The position numbers and the translations under genes are program-made. Positions 14,456-26,024 of a stretch of 64,000 bases of DNA are shown here, piece by piece. Origin of the DNA: Glaucostegus cemiculus (Eukaryota); contig CDPCPM010000278.1 of NCBI GenBank assembly GCA_976551045.1, positions 2,728,001 to 2,792,000 of the forward strand, given 5' to 3'. The notes under the pieces are model-generated. The model saw only the letters and a list, made by a program, of their open reading frames with translations. It had not been told where the DNA came from and made no database searches. Numbering within the stretch: position 1 is the first letter of the stretch; each line of letters opens with the position of its first letter.

Positions 14456-15594
14456 ATATTATTAATATATTACTTAAAATCTACCTTTTATTCTTCTCTG
14501 TCTACACCATGAAGTGTTTTATTTTCTTGTTTCCAATCCTGTGAGGCCTTGCTTCTCCCTATCTCTGTCTTCGTCCTGCTGCACAATACAGTGCCTTGGC
14601 CAACATTTACATCACAATCACATTATTAAAACATATTAGCTTGGTACTGCTCATAATTCTGCTTGAAGGACTGTTATACACAAGTTTGCTGCCATATGTA
14701 CCTCTTTGAAAGAATGAAAAGGACTTCATATAATTTGCTGGCTATGAAAACTTTGCTGTATGCTTTCTTTAAATGTAATATACACAGAAGCACTGAAATG
14801 AAGTGTTGGAACAGTCAACATATTTTAAAAGAGAAGTACTTTATTCTGAAATATAACTAGGTCTCTGTGAATTGACTGCAAAGCATATAAAATTCCCCAG
14901 ACTATTTTCAAAATATCCTTAGCATTTAAGGCTACATTTAATGTCCAATTCTTGTTGCTGTGGAGAATGTTTATAGAACCATTAGGAATGGTGTGCAACT
15001 GCAAAGAGCTTTTGAACAATATAGATTAAACTTGCATGCGGGGAAGTCTAGGTGGAGCTGTACATTTTCCTGCACTCACAAAACTCCCCCGAAGCATATT
15101 AATGAACCAGCTTTATAGTAATTTTTATGGAATTGGCTACAAATTACCAAATTGATTAAGTTCAACTTTATGATAGGATTTCAGCTCTCAGCCTCCAGGC
15201 TGCTGATTCAGAAATGTCACTCTACCTTATTTTTAATTATTTCAAATGCTCATTTGACACCTTCCTGTGGTTTTCCTGAGTCACTTCAGATAACTTTTGC
15301 ATGTCTGGATCCGCATACAGTGGTAATAGCCTCAGCTAACTAACTGGTCAACTGCTTATGTACCCCACCCATTGATAGTATGTGGCACACATCATGGAAA
15401 TTAATAACCATCCTGAGGCTGGCAACACACTGCATTTAATTCAAACATCCACAGCTGGGATGAAAACCTCATTCCTCTTCAACTAAAAATTAATAGCATT
15501 CCGATAACCTACACCAGTAGGCAAGGAAGCATTTGTGCAGCATCAATGCTACCTTCCCTACTCACCTGGTGTGTACACAAACATCTCTCACTTA

Positions 15595-15759
<165 letters not shown>

Positions 15760-16744
15760 TCAAACATAGTGCACTACATTGTCTGGCTCTAACCAAGACA
15801 ATAATTTCAGATATTTTACCATTAATTCTCACCCTCATGCAGGTTTCACCTTAAACTTAGTCCAATGAAAATTACACAATGTTAGATAATTTAACGCAAT
15901 CACTATTCCCCAAAAAGCCCTAATTCCCATGACTGAAATGAATGTTAAATATTCCTATAATTATTTTCTACCTGTTTTTTTTCCCCAAAAATCAGTTTTT
16001 TGATCAATTGTTCATCAAAAAATTCCAACATATTCGCATTAGTGGAGTCAGCAGCACATTAATAGGCCCTTCAACCTGACCTAACAATTTACTTATCTAG
16101 AAAGAAAAAAAATGTAGTCTTACATATGGAGTGAATTTTATAATATTGCCTTCTAGTTCCCCCACAACAAAATACATACAACTCCTTATACTTATATTAA
16201 CCTACACCCTTCAATAGACTCAGAACCCCAGATGATCACTCGAGCTTTCACAAGTTAACAACAGTTTCAATCAAACATGCAGTAATGCATCCTACAGTGG
16301 TCTTGTAAGGAACTTCAGGCTTAGTTCCATTGTGAATAAATTCACTAAGCCCTCATAAGTGGCAATCAGATTTGATTAGTTATTACTATACCAATAAGAA
16401 ATCTCAGCTGTATTTCCAATAGCTAAAATTGGCCTCAGTACCCTGGATAACTAAACTGAAATCCTCAAGAGTTCATGTACCCAAGGCTTTCGTTAACATC
16501 TACTGGCAGTACTTGGTCATAACGCTCCCGACTACTGAATGTTCACTGTCAAAATACCCTCTTGATTTTGCAGTAAAAATAAATTTCACCTGCTCAGTTT
16601 GTCTTATGCACCCTCCTTTAAAGCTCTCCTACAAATGTGCAGCTATTATTTCTGTTCAGTGGTGTGACTGTGCCCTTTCAATTATGAGACATGGATACCT
16701 CTGGCAAAACCTGCAATTACTGCTCACCCCCTATTGGAAAGGGG

Positions 16745-17310
16745 AAATAGCAGGAGTGGGCCATCAGGTCTGCTCCACCATTATAACTGTTCATCCAATT
16801 CAGTACCCTCTTCCTGACATCTTCCCTTACCACTTGATCCCTTTGCTATGAAGAAATATATCTTTATTTTCTTCAATATCTTTATTGTCAAAGAACTTAG
16901 GTTCACCACCCTCCAGGTGAAGAAATTTCTCCTGATCTTAGTTCTAGATAACATAACCTATATGGCGAGGCTGTGACCCCTAGTTTTGTACTCCCCGATC
17001 ATTGAGAACATCCTCCCTGCCAGGTACTCTGTTTAGTATTGTTAGACCTTTATAGAATTCTCTCATTCTTCTAAACTCCAGTGAAGGTAGGCCTAGTCAG
17101 CCCAATTCCTCCTTGTACATTAGCTCCGTCATCCCAGAAATTAGTCTGGTAAACTTTTGTTGTATTCCCTCAATGGCAGGACTTCCTTCTTCACAAAGCA
17201 ACCAAAACCGCACACAGAAACTCCAGATGTGGTCTCATCAAAGCCCTTTAAAGCTATAGCAAGGTATAATGACTCAAATCCTTGTTGAAGTAAGAGCAAA
17301 CATGCCTTTT
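16745..17310 (-). mobile_element. CR1 LINE 3' fragment in intron 1
   Basis: Reverse-oriented CR1 tail (AAATAGCAGGAGTGGGCCATCAG...) and C-terminal RT text (CTCCAGATGTGGTCTCA). Confidence 0.65.
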
Positions 17311-19509
17311 GGAGAGTTATGAGTTAACCATATTGCTGTGGGTCTAAAGAAATAGATAGGATTTTATGACAACCTGCTTGTTTTCTAGTTAGCATGACCA
17401 ATAAATTTACAATGTTATAATTATTACATTAACTGAATTTAAATTGACCAGTTGTCATGATGGGTTTTGAATTCATGCTTCTGGATTGCTGGTCTAGTAA
17501 AATAACTGCAGTACTGCACTCCTTTATATGAAGTAAAGCAATTACTATTTTGTTCAGAGTCTCTACTCTTCCAAGTCACACCGTCATCATTTGTCAGAGC
17601 TCTTCCCCTCACACAAGGTTCCACTGAATGGCACCTCTTCACAATGACATGTAGATGCTGCATCTACTCAGTCATCTTGCCACATACTTGCAGTATCATC
17701 TCTTTTTTTTTGTTCTGGTATTCCCCCCAGCAATGTCCAAATATCACATCACATCTTAGTAACCATAGATGAGTATTATACCAAATTTACATAAATATAC
17801 AAATGCGGAAAGCTGAATCAAGCCCACAACTTCCACTTAAAAACGTCTGCAATCAAAGTTCTGCCTAATTGTCTAATAGATTCTGTGACAGCTCATCATA
17901 ACCTCAGACAATGTTTTCAAGCAGCAAAAACGGACATTTCATCCTGATGTGTGCAGAAAGGGAGTAAAATATCCAAGAAATGAAAGGAAAATTGTTTTAC
18001 TTCCAGGTCCAAACCCCATAAACAACACTCCAGTGGCCTGGTTACATTTTTTTTAGATGAAATGTCAGATTTTGCTTCTTAGAAATACAGTATTTATGAT
18101 GAGTACAATTAACTTTGTCTCTTAGTCCAATACATTATCATGCTGCAAACTTTCATCCAGTTTAAGTTTGAAGAAGCACAGCTGGCAAGATACTTACAGC
18201 TTCCAACAACATACTGACTGGCCTTCAGGGCCAAAGGAGGAAAGAAAGATCCTTCAAACTATTGGTCTCACTGAAGTCTTGTTAACTTTCTATTTTTGCC
18301 TTCTAGTCCCAGATTAAGCTATATAAGCCTCTTACAACCCATCCTATCCACTAGCACCAGGTATTATAATGACTGATCATGCTTTATTTCAATCTTCTTT
18401 CCACCACTCATCTCATCATATAATTTAAACCCTGGAGTCATTCTTGCTCCTCTTCTCTGCAATCTAGCCTGTTAATCTACATCCTTTGTTGAAAACTGAA
18501 CCAATGTTCTATTCAAAATAGTTAATCAAGCTTTCAGGCAAACAAAAACTACTCGATATACATGGCCTTGACTATTGAATGCAAAAAGCATTTGAATAAC
18601 TACCATGGTAACTGGATATATACACCAAATTCCAAAAGTGTTATTTACAAATCTTTGCCCTTTCTACAGCCTTAAGTTAACAGATCACTTCAACAGTTAA
18701 TTTCTTATATCAAGTACATTTTTACATTATTTCAATGAAATCTAATCTGGTTTACATGCTCAGAATACTTGCCTATCAGTTACCCACATTACTGTTCATG
18801 TGATACATATCGATAGTGCTATAAGCTGTTAAAACAGCAACCTCCATGTAATTTGTGAATTTCAAGCTTTGGAACAAAGCACATTTTAGAAGGGATACCT
18901 CTCACTTTCTCAAACTGAGGCACTCCCTCCACTTCACATCTTTTGGTATTTGTGTCTCTGTGAAACTGCACCCTTTCCTGTCCTTGGGTGCAGTAAATAT
19001 ATACAACCACCACTAAATGCCTAGTTGCTTTTTGTGCTGCAAGACACACCAACTCGAGGTTTACTGGGTTGAGTTAATCTGATAAAATAAGCAAAACTGA
19101 GATGACAAAATTTGTATGCAATGGCTGGTTACGGCTCAGATGCCTTGACCGGCACAGTAGTGGAGGCAGAATCAATTATGCCTTCAAAAAAAAAGAGTTG
19201 GATAAGTAGTTAAAGTAATTTGCAGGGTTTCATGAGGAGTGGGAATAGCTGGATTACTCCTGGAGATGGATCATGACAATAAACTCGATTGACTTGGGCT
19301 AAATGGCCTCCTTCCGTGCTGTTACTTGCCTACAGTCACTCACTAGTGGTGGAGGGTACGTGTTGAAAGCAGCAGACCCTGTTTGACACATCACTTACAG
19401 ATTCAGGGATCTGGAAAACCGAACTCCCTGAAAGGAGACTTTGCTTCCAGGGACTGCACACTGAGGGCAGTCCCTCCACCCAATCTTTTAGCAGGGCCAG
19501 TACAGACAA

Positions 19510-20010
19510 GTGATCCCCGGTCCCCCTGTTCGTGTATCCTCCCTCACCCTCTCTCCGACTTCCCCTGACCCCGAGGCCTGGCGCCGGCTCCTTCCCCGTC
19601 CCCAGGCTCACCTTCGCGATGTCATGGTGATCCTCGGCGGACCCGCGCTGCGCTCTGCCGGGCCTGACACGCTGGGATCGGCGACCCTCCGTGAGTCAGC
19701 CCGCCCGGAATCGGCTGTGTGCACCAGGCCGCTGGCCCGCCCGGCGCTTTCCCCCCCGCCCCAGCTCGGCCAACGAATACCGCAGAGCTGCGGCGCGGAG
19801 GGATAGACGTCAGCATGGCCCCGCCCCCTAGCGGGGGCAACGGCGCAGCAAACGGGCGTCATCGTCCTTCTCCGCGCTGGAAGATGATGCGCAGGGAGCC
19901 CTCCCTCACTCCTTCCCTCTAGTCAATGGCTCCCACTGTTCTGATAGAAGAGGTTGGGAACGGGTGGCGTTTCCTGCCCGCTGAGTCACAAGATCTCAAG
20001 CTCAAGGGCC
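19510..20010 (-). promoter_or_regulatory. PTPN11: CpG island / PTPN11 promoter and 5' UTR
   Basis: The only CpG-dense, GC-rich stretch in the window, spanning exon 1. Contains GC boxes CCCCGCCCC (19819-19827 and near 19754-19762), CRE-like TGACGTCT (19805-19812, minus), AP-1 TGAGTCA (19692-19698, 19982-19988) and ETS-like CCGGAA (19705-19710). The TSS cannot be determined from sequence. Confidence 0.85.
19612..19625 (-). CDS. PTPN11: PTPN11 coding exon 1 (M-T-S-R-R start)
   Basis: Minus strand ATCACC ATG ACA TCG CGA AG|GTGAG: 14 coding nt, Kozak -3 A, canonical donor. Phase joins exon 2 to give MTSRRWFHP, the SHP2 N-terminus. Confidence 0.97.
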
Positions 20011-20014
20011 GGAC

Positions 20015-20079
20015 TGGACCTGGAGCAGCACACACACAAAATGCAGGAGGAACTCAGCAGGCCAGGCAGCATCTCTGGA
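20015..20079 (-). mobile_element. Penelope-type terminal repeat fragment
   Basis: CTGGAGCAGCACACACACAAAATGCAGGAGGAACTCAGCAGGCCAGGCAGCATCT is the mirror image of 21252-21315 and similar to 24960-25020 and 40425-40485. Confidence 0.65.
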
Positions 20080-20084
20080 TCTCT

Positions 20085-20505
20085 TTATTACAGAACATAG
20101 AACACTACAGCGCAGTACAGGCCCTTCGGCCTGCAGTGTTGTGCTAACATCTTATCCTGCTCTAAGATCTCTCTAACTCTTCCCTCTCACATAGCGCTCC
20201 ATTTCTCTATCATTCATATGTCTATCTAAGAGGCTCTTAAATGCCCCAAATGCATCTGCCCCCACAACCTCTGCCAGCAGTGCATTCCACACACCCACCA
20301 CTCTCCATGTGAATAACTTACCCCTGATATCCCTCTTATACCTTCCTCCAATCACCTTAAAATTATGTCCCCTCCTGTTAGCCATTGTCACCGTGGGAAA
20401 AAGTCTCTGACTGTCCATTTGATCTATGCCTCATCATCTTCTACACTTCTATCAAGTCACCTCTTATCCTCCAAAGAGAAAAGCCCCAGCTCACTCAACC
20501 TCATC
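20085..20505 (-). mobile_element. CR1 LINE 3' end
   Basis: ORF 20173-20418 RGHNFKVIGGRYK...FTWRVVGVWNAL...FKSLLDRHM is the CR1 ORF2 C-terminus, followed by the tail (AGAACATAGAAC on the plus strand). Confidence 0.85.
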
Positions 20506-20890
20506 AGATTCGCAATTACTCAAGGGACCTTGTAGTTTACTCCTGCTCCTAATTCATATGTTCTTAAAAATCAAAGAATTGGTTTACAACTCAGTGCAGA
20601 TTACAAGTGAATTTATTTTACTTTATTACGCTTTGGATTGCACAAGATTTATAAGACACTCAGAAAATACAGTCTAGGGAGAAAAAGATTGCCTGCCCCA
20701 AGATTTCATGAACCATATTGAATGTTAGAGTCATGGAGTCATAGAAAGATAAAACATGGAAACAGGTCCTTCAGCCCACTGTAGTTAGTGCCAAACATCA
20801 AGCGCCATACTTATACTGAACTAACCCATTTTATTCACTCCCCATTCCCATCAACTCCCCACCCCAAATTCAACCACTAATCTATACACA

Positions 20891-21152
20891 ATAAGATCTC
20901 TTTATTAGTCACATGTAGATTGAAACACACAGTGAAACACATCTTTTGCATGGAGTGTTCTGGGGGCAGCCCGCAAGTGTCGCCACGCTTCCGGCACCAA
21001 CGTGGCATGCCCACAACTTCCTAACCTGTACGTCTTTGGAATGTGGGAGGAAACCCATGCAGACACGGGGAGAACATACAAACCCCTTACAGATGGTGGC
21101 CGGATTTGAACCCAGGTCACTGATGCTGTAAAGCGTTATGCTAACTGCTACA
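20891..21152 (-). mobile_element. V-SINE
   Basis: Reverse complement of the 8852-9147 family: TTTATTAGTCACATG tail, GGATTTGAACCC B box. Confidence 0.88.
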
Positions 21153-21153
21153 C

Positions 21154-21330
21154 AACAGTCAACATTTTGAGACAAGACCCTTCAGCAGGACTGCATGAAG
21201 GAGCAGTCCTGATGAAGAGTGTCAACCCAAAATGTTGACTGTTTATTTCCCTCCATAGATGCTGCCTGACCTGCTGAGTTCCTCTAGCATTTTTTGTGTG
21301 TATTGCTCCAGATTCCAGCATCTGCAGAAC
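21154..21330. mobile_element. Penelope-type terminal repeat with an inverted pair of decayed hammerhead-ribozyme motifs
   Basis: Inverted arms 21154-21194 and 21203-21243. The right arm reads CAGTC-CTGATGA-AGAGTGTCAACCC-AAAA-TGTT-GACTG, followed by the GATGCTGCCTGACCTGCTGAGTTCC...CCAGCATCTGCAG repeat end. Confidence 0.7.
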
Positions 21331-21629
21331 CCTGGGACATGATTGAGGGATGGCAGCACTTAACGGTGGGTGGACCGGGAAGTAAAACAAATTTCCATTC
21401 ATTTGTTGGATAGTTTTCTCCCTTTCCGCATGCATCAGGATGAAATGTCTGTTTTGGTTTCTTGGAAATATTGTCTGTGGTTATGATGAACTGACAGAAG
21501 TTTGATTGCAGACATTTTTGAGTGGAAGTTGTGGGCTTGATTCAGCTTTCTGCATTTGTACACTTCTGTAAATTTGGTACAATACTCATCCACAATTACT
21601 AGGGTGGAGGAAGATAGGTCTTCTCCAGT

Positions 21630-23070
21630 CCTGTAGATTCTGAGGTGGCTGATGATCCCAATGGGTGATCCACAGACTCTAGCATGGATGGGACTGGCAC
21701 TTGGGCAGGTATTTGGGGTGGTGGTGTGCACTTTCCACCATTACGAGCTGATTCCAGCTGATCTTCTCATTACATTTTTTATAATCATTCAACTCATAAA
21801 TCTCAATTCTAAGTCTGTCAGAATCACTAACAGTGTTCTAAAGATGAATTCTTGATCTCCCAATCTACCTCGTGGTGGCCCTTGCATTTATTTGTTTACC
21901 TGCACAACACTTTCTCTGTAACTGCTCCACAATATTCTGCATTCAGTTTTCTTTTTATTATCTCTATGTATTTACATATGGCATGATCTTCCTGGATGGC
22001 ACACAGATAAAAGTTTTTCACTGTATCACGGTACAAGTGATAACAACAAACCAATACCAATTTTCATTGGATATCTTCTCCGTTTTGTCCAAAGACATGC
22101 TAGAGATTTCCACAAGTTGGTCATGATGTTTTCAGGATGCTTTGAGAATAATTTTGCATAATTTCCTGTTTCTTTTTGCTGACATTTTATTTTCATGGAG
22201 TTCAAAGTATAGTACTGTTTCACGGGAGTTGTGTTGGGTCTGCGAATGATATTGCTGCCTATTGGGGCCAATTGGGTGAAACTGGAGCCTCGATGTTGAC
22301 CTGGGAGATTTGTTTATCCTGACAATTAATTTGAAGGATTTTGTAGAGACAACATTGGCACTACCACTCTAGTGCTTTAAAGTATCTTTGAAGTCCCTGC
22401 GTCAGAAATACTTAGAGGATGTGATCACTACTGCCTGGTAAACCATGAGCTTTTGCAGGGTTTGAGATCTTGATCTTCAAACATGTTTTATCAGAGGGTC
22501 AAAGGCTGTGCTAGCATATTGAAGGTGATAGTGAATCCTGCTGACTGAGAGATGGCTCCTGAGATGTGGGAAGTTTTGTGGATCTTTATTGTCAAGGTGC
22601 TGTGCAGCAAGAAGAGAAAAAGGGGAGAAAGGTACAAAACATGGCCTGTATTCTGCTGTCAACCTTTGTGTGTGGCTGTATCAAGATGTACGAAGACTCT
22701 GGATACTCAAATATAAAGTGTCATTATGCGTTAATGCTTTATCTGTCTCCTGTGTTCTGAAAGATAGGTCTGACCATGTAACCTCAGGATGTTCTGTCAG
22801 TGAATTGCTGGATCTCCTGCATTCTTACGCAGGATTTCAGGGTAGTCCAGGCACTGTGGAGACACTGTGGCCTGTGTTGGTTGGGAGTTATCTGTTCTGT
22901 CTGTGAAGCACTGTCTGAGAAGAGTTTGCTTTGCAGGATTCTTAAGACCTCATTGTTGACGTTCTTACAGCAGCATTTTTGGGGTCGGACAGATGGAGAT
23001 AACGGATTCGGCAGTGGTTGGATCAACCATCATCAATGCCTGCCATGGCCCAGGTGACATGGACATCCTT
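21630..23070 (-). mobile_element. Decayed RTE-clade LINE, with a plus-strand Rex1-type 3' end inserted at about 21780-22060
   Basis: ORF 21435-21731 has CGSPIGIISHLRIY (RTE C-terminal zinc-finger-like end). The minus-strand text parallels the 9520-12480 element. The Rex-type tail TTTCACTGTATCACGGTACAAGTGATAAC lies at about 22015-22045. Confidence 0.6.
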
Positions 23071-24059
23071 GTGGATCCTTGCTTGAGCAATGATATGATC
23101 TAACAGGTGTCAGTGCCCGGATCAGGGGTGTTGCAAAGATATCTTTCCCTTGCCTCCCTGACAAAATAGGGTATGGGTGATGGATAACTCTGTGCTCCAA
23201 GCATTTTGACAGGAGAAGATCTGCATTAGAGTTAGCTCTTCCTTACTAATCAGTTTTTACAGAAGTTTGAAATTGCCAGGAGGATCAGTTTTCCCCCAAT
23301 TAAGGATACAGTCTAGGGATTTTTTCAGAAAAACCCTAGACTGAGTAAAAGCTCTCCTTAATTACGTCCCTGCCGTCCAGGATTTGGATTTATGCATTGA
23401 TAACTGCAGTACCATGAGATGTTAACTCATCCTATACAGGGAATTGAATGAGATACCAGACCAACCTCGATGGTGAAGCCCACCGTGTGAAGATTGTTTT
23501 CCTCTTCCTGTGCTCACTATCAGTACCTGCAATTTGCTGCCTGCCTGTCTCTCTCAGGCAGGGATGTTGATGACAGAGCATCGGGACTCCTGGGCTATTA
23601 ATCCAAAGTTGCATTCAGGTCTACCATTGTTGGAGGTATTTATGAGGGTCCTGTCATTGCAGTCTGGAACTTCATATTGCGGAGTCAAACTTGGCTGTAC
23701 CACTGCTGGATAAAGTGCCACACTGTGAGGGGAGGTACTGCATGGCCAGAGGAGGGACTGGAGGGCCAGATGAGGGACCACACAACTAAAGGAGCTGTTG
23801 GTCTATCAAAGGATCTGCTGTGCTGCCTGAGGGTGCACTGTTCTCCCAGAGGAAGTGTGACATGGCCAGAAAGTTTGAAAAGTTAGGCACCACGTGGCCA
23901 GAGGATGTGCTGCATCACCAGGAGAGCAGTGGATCTGTTGGAGGTTGCACTGACCTGTTAAGCAGTCACCTAACTTTTCAGACAAGTTGTTAACCAGAGG
24001 TGTCTTTGTCTTTTCTGCTGGCTGTAAAAGATGCATTGTTCTGTGTGTCCTGCACAGCC

Positions 24060-24920
24060 AACCAATCATTTTGAGACTGTGATTCCCAGTTCTAGATGTC
24101 CCAACCAATGGAAGCATCAACTCTGTATCTACTTTGTCACGCTCCATAAGAATTTTGTACATTTTAGTGAAATACCTCTCATTGCTATAAATTCTAGAGA
24201 CGATAGGGTCAGTAGGTTTAATCTATATTTTTAAGACAATCCTCCCTAACTTGAGGATCAAGTGACCAGATCTGTGTAATATTCCACATGTAGTCTTACC
24301 AGGCCCTTGTATGATAGAACCAGGATATCTGTAATCTTTCATTCAAATCCTCTTCCAATGAAAACCAACATACTGTTTGGCTTGCTAATAGTTTGCTGTA
24401 TCTGTGGGTTAACTTTCATGGAATCATAACACAGAACAGGCCCTTTGGCCTGCCATGCCCATGTCAACCATCAAGTTCCTCTCTATACTAATCCCATTTA
24501 CCAGCAATTGTCCTAAATCTGCTTATACCTTGCCAATTCAAGAGTGTTATATGCCAGATTGTAATCACCCTCTAGCTGAAAAAAATCCTACCTCACATCC
24601 CCTCTAAACTTCTCACTCCTCACCTTAAATCTGTGCCCTCCAGTTATAGATATCACGGCAATGGGAAAAACTTTCTTCCCATCTATCCTATCCATTGCCT
24701 TTCATAATTATCTACAGTATTCCTTTATCAGATTCCCCTTCGGCCTCTTTTGCTCTTACGAAAACAGACACTGCCTATCCATTCTCTCCTCATAATCGAA
24801 ATATTCCAACTGAGGCAACATCCTGGTGAATCTCCTGCACCCTCTCCAGTGCAATCACATTCTTCCTTTAGTGTGCAAACCAGAACTGAAAACCAGTATT
24901 CCAGCTTTGGCCTAACCAAT
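24060..24920 (-). mobile_element. Two adjacent CR1 3' fragments
   Basis: ORF 24728-24919 VRPKLEYWFSVLV resembles the CR1 [12 protein letters not shown] motif. ORF 23806-24162 begins YKILMERDKVD. A CR1 tail is present at about 24420. Confidence 0.7.
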
Positions 24921-24934
24921 AATTTTTAAAGTTT

Positions 24935-25550
24935 TGGAGACACGCGAGACTGTAGATGCTGGAATCTGGATCAACAAACAAGATGCTAAAGGAACTCAGT
25001 GGGTCAGGCAGCATCTGTGGGGGGAAATGGACAGTTGAAATTTTGGGTGGAGACCCTTAATCTGGACTGAAAGATAGAGGGGAGATATAGCCAGTATAAA
25101 GAGATGAGGGGAAGGGGTGGAGCAAGAGCTGGCATGTGAAAGGTGGATCCAGGTGAGGAGGGGAGATAGGCAGATGGAGGAAGGAAGGGTGGAAATAGCG
25201 ACAGAGGCTGGGAGGTGATAGGTGGAGACAACACAGGGCTGTAGATGATGGAAAGAAAGGCAGGGCATGGAAGCAAATAAGGGAGGTGGGGAGGGCAGAT
25301 GGGAACATTGGCAGGAGGGGACCCAGTGGGAGGGGTGTGTAGGTGATGGACAGATAGAGTGGGTGGGGGAGGGGAAAGAAACTGGGTGATTTCGGGGCTG
25401 GGGTGAGTGTGGGAGGAACTGGGTAGATCAGCAAGAGAGAGAAAACGGATAGAGGGGGAACTGTTTACCTGAAATTGGAGAATTCAGTGTTCATGCCATT
25501 GGGTTGTAGACTACCCAGGCAGAATATGAGGTGTTGTTCCTTTAGTTTGC
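24935..25550 (-). mobile_element. Penelope-like element 3' part: GIY-YIG endonuclease C-terminus, pyrimidine-rich spacer and terminal repeat
   Basis: Minus strand of about 25465-25550 translates CKLKEQHLIFCLGSLQPNGMNTEFSNFR*, the typical end of Penelope RT-GIY-YIG ORFs (E..LI..LG..QP.G.N). A decayed hammerhead-like motif CAGTCCAGATTAAGGGTCTCCACCCAAAATTTCAACTG lies at about 25032-25069. Confidence 0.8.
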
Positions 25551-25559
25551 ATAATGCAT

Positions 25560-26012
25560 TTATTAGAAATTCTACTTTCTTTCACCACCTCATTCATTCT
25601 AGAACTACAGTTCAGCACTATTTCCAGAATGTTTTCTGCACCTTACATAAAGACTGACGCAAAATATTTGCTTAATTTCTCAGCTTTTTCCTTACTCTCC
25701 AGAATAATTTTTCAGCCCTCATTATTTAAGGGATCCACATTCATTTTGGCTAATCATTTCCTTTTTACATTCCTATAGATGGTCTTATAATTTGATTTTA
25801 TGTTTCACACTAGTCTACTGTCATATTCTACTTTCCCTTTATTGTCCCTTTGGTATATTCTGAAATTTACCCCATCCTCAAGCTTACTGCTTTTTTTAAG
25901 CAATACTATACCCCTTTTCCATTGATCCATTACTGTCTTTAACTTCTCTTTATAGTCGTGATTGTACCACTTTTCCTTTTTTTTTGCTTTAAAGGAGATA
26001 TATATTACTTGT
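25560..26012 (-). mobile_element. CR1 LINE internal fragment, host of the L1 insertion
   Basis: Reverse strand resembles CR1 ORF2 (K-W-L-A-K-M-N-V-D-P-L...E-K-L-S-K-Y-F-A-S-V-F). Confidence 0.6.
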
Positions 26013-26024
26013 AAATTATGAATT

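Noticed and set aside
19510-19922. Plus-strand ORFs in the CpG island as a divergent gene
   Set aside because: Low-complexity P/A/R/G translations expected in GC-rich DNA, with no recognisable protein similarity.
24996-25434. Pro/Ser/Leu-rich ORFs
   Set aside because: Artefacts of the pyrimidine-rich Penelope spacer.
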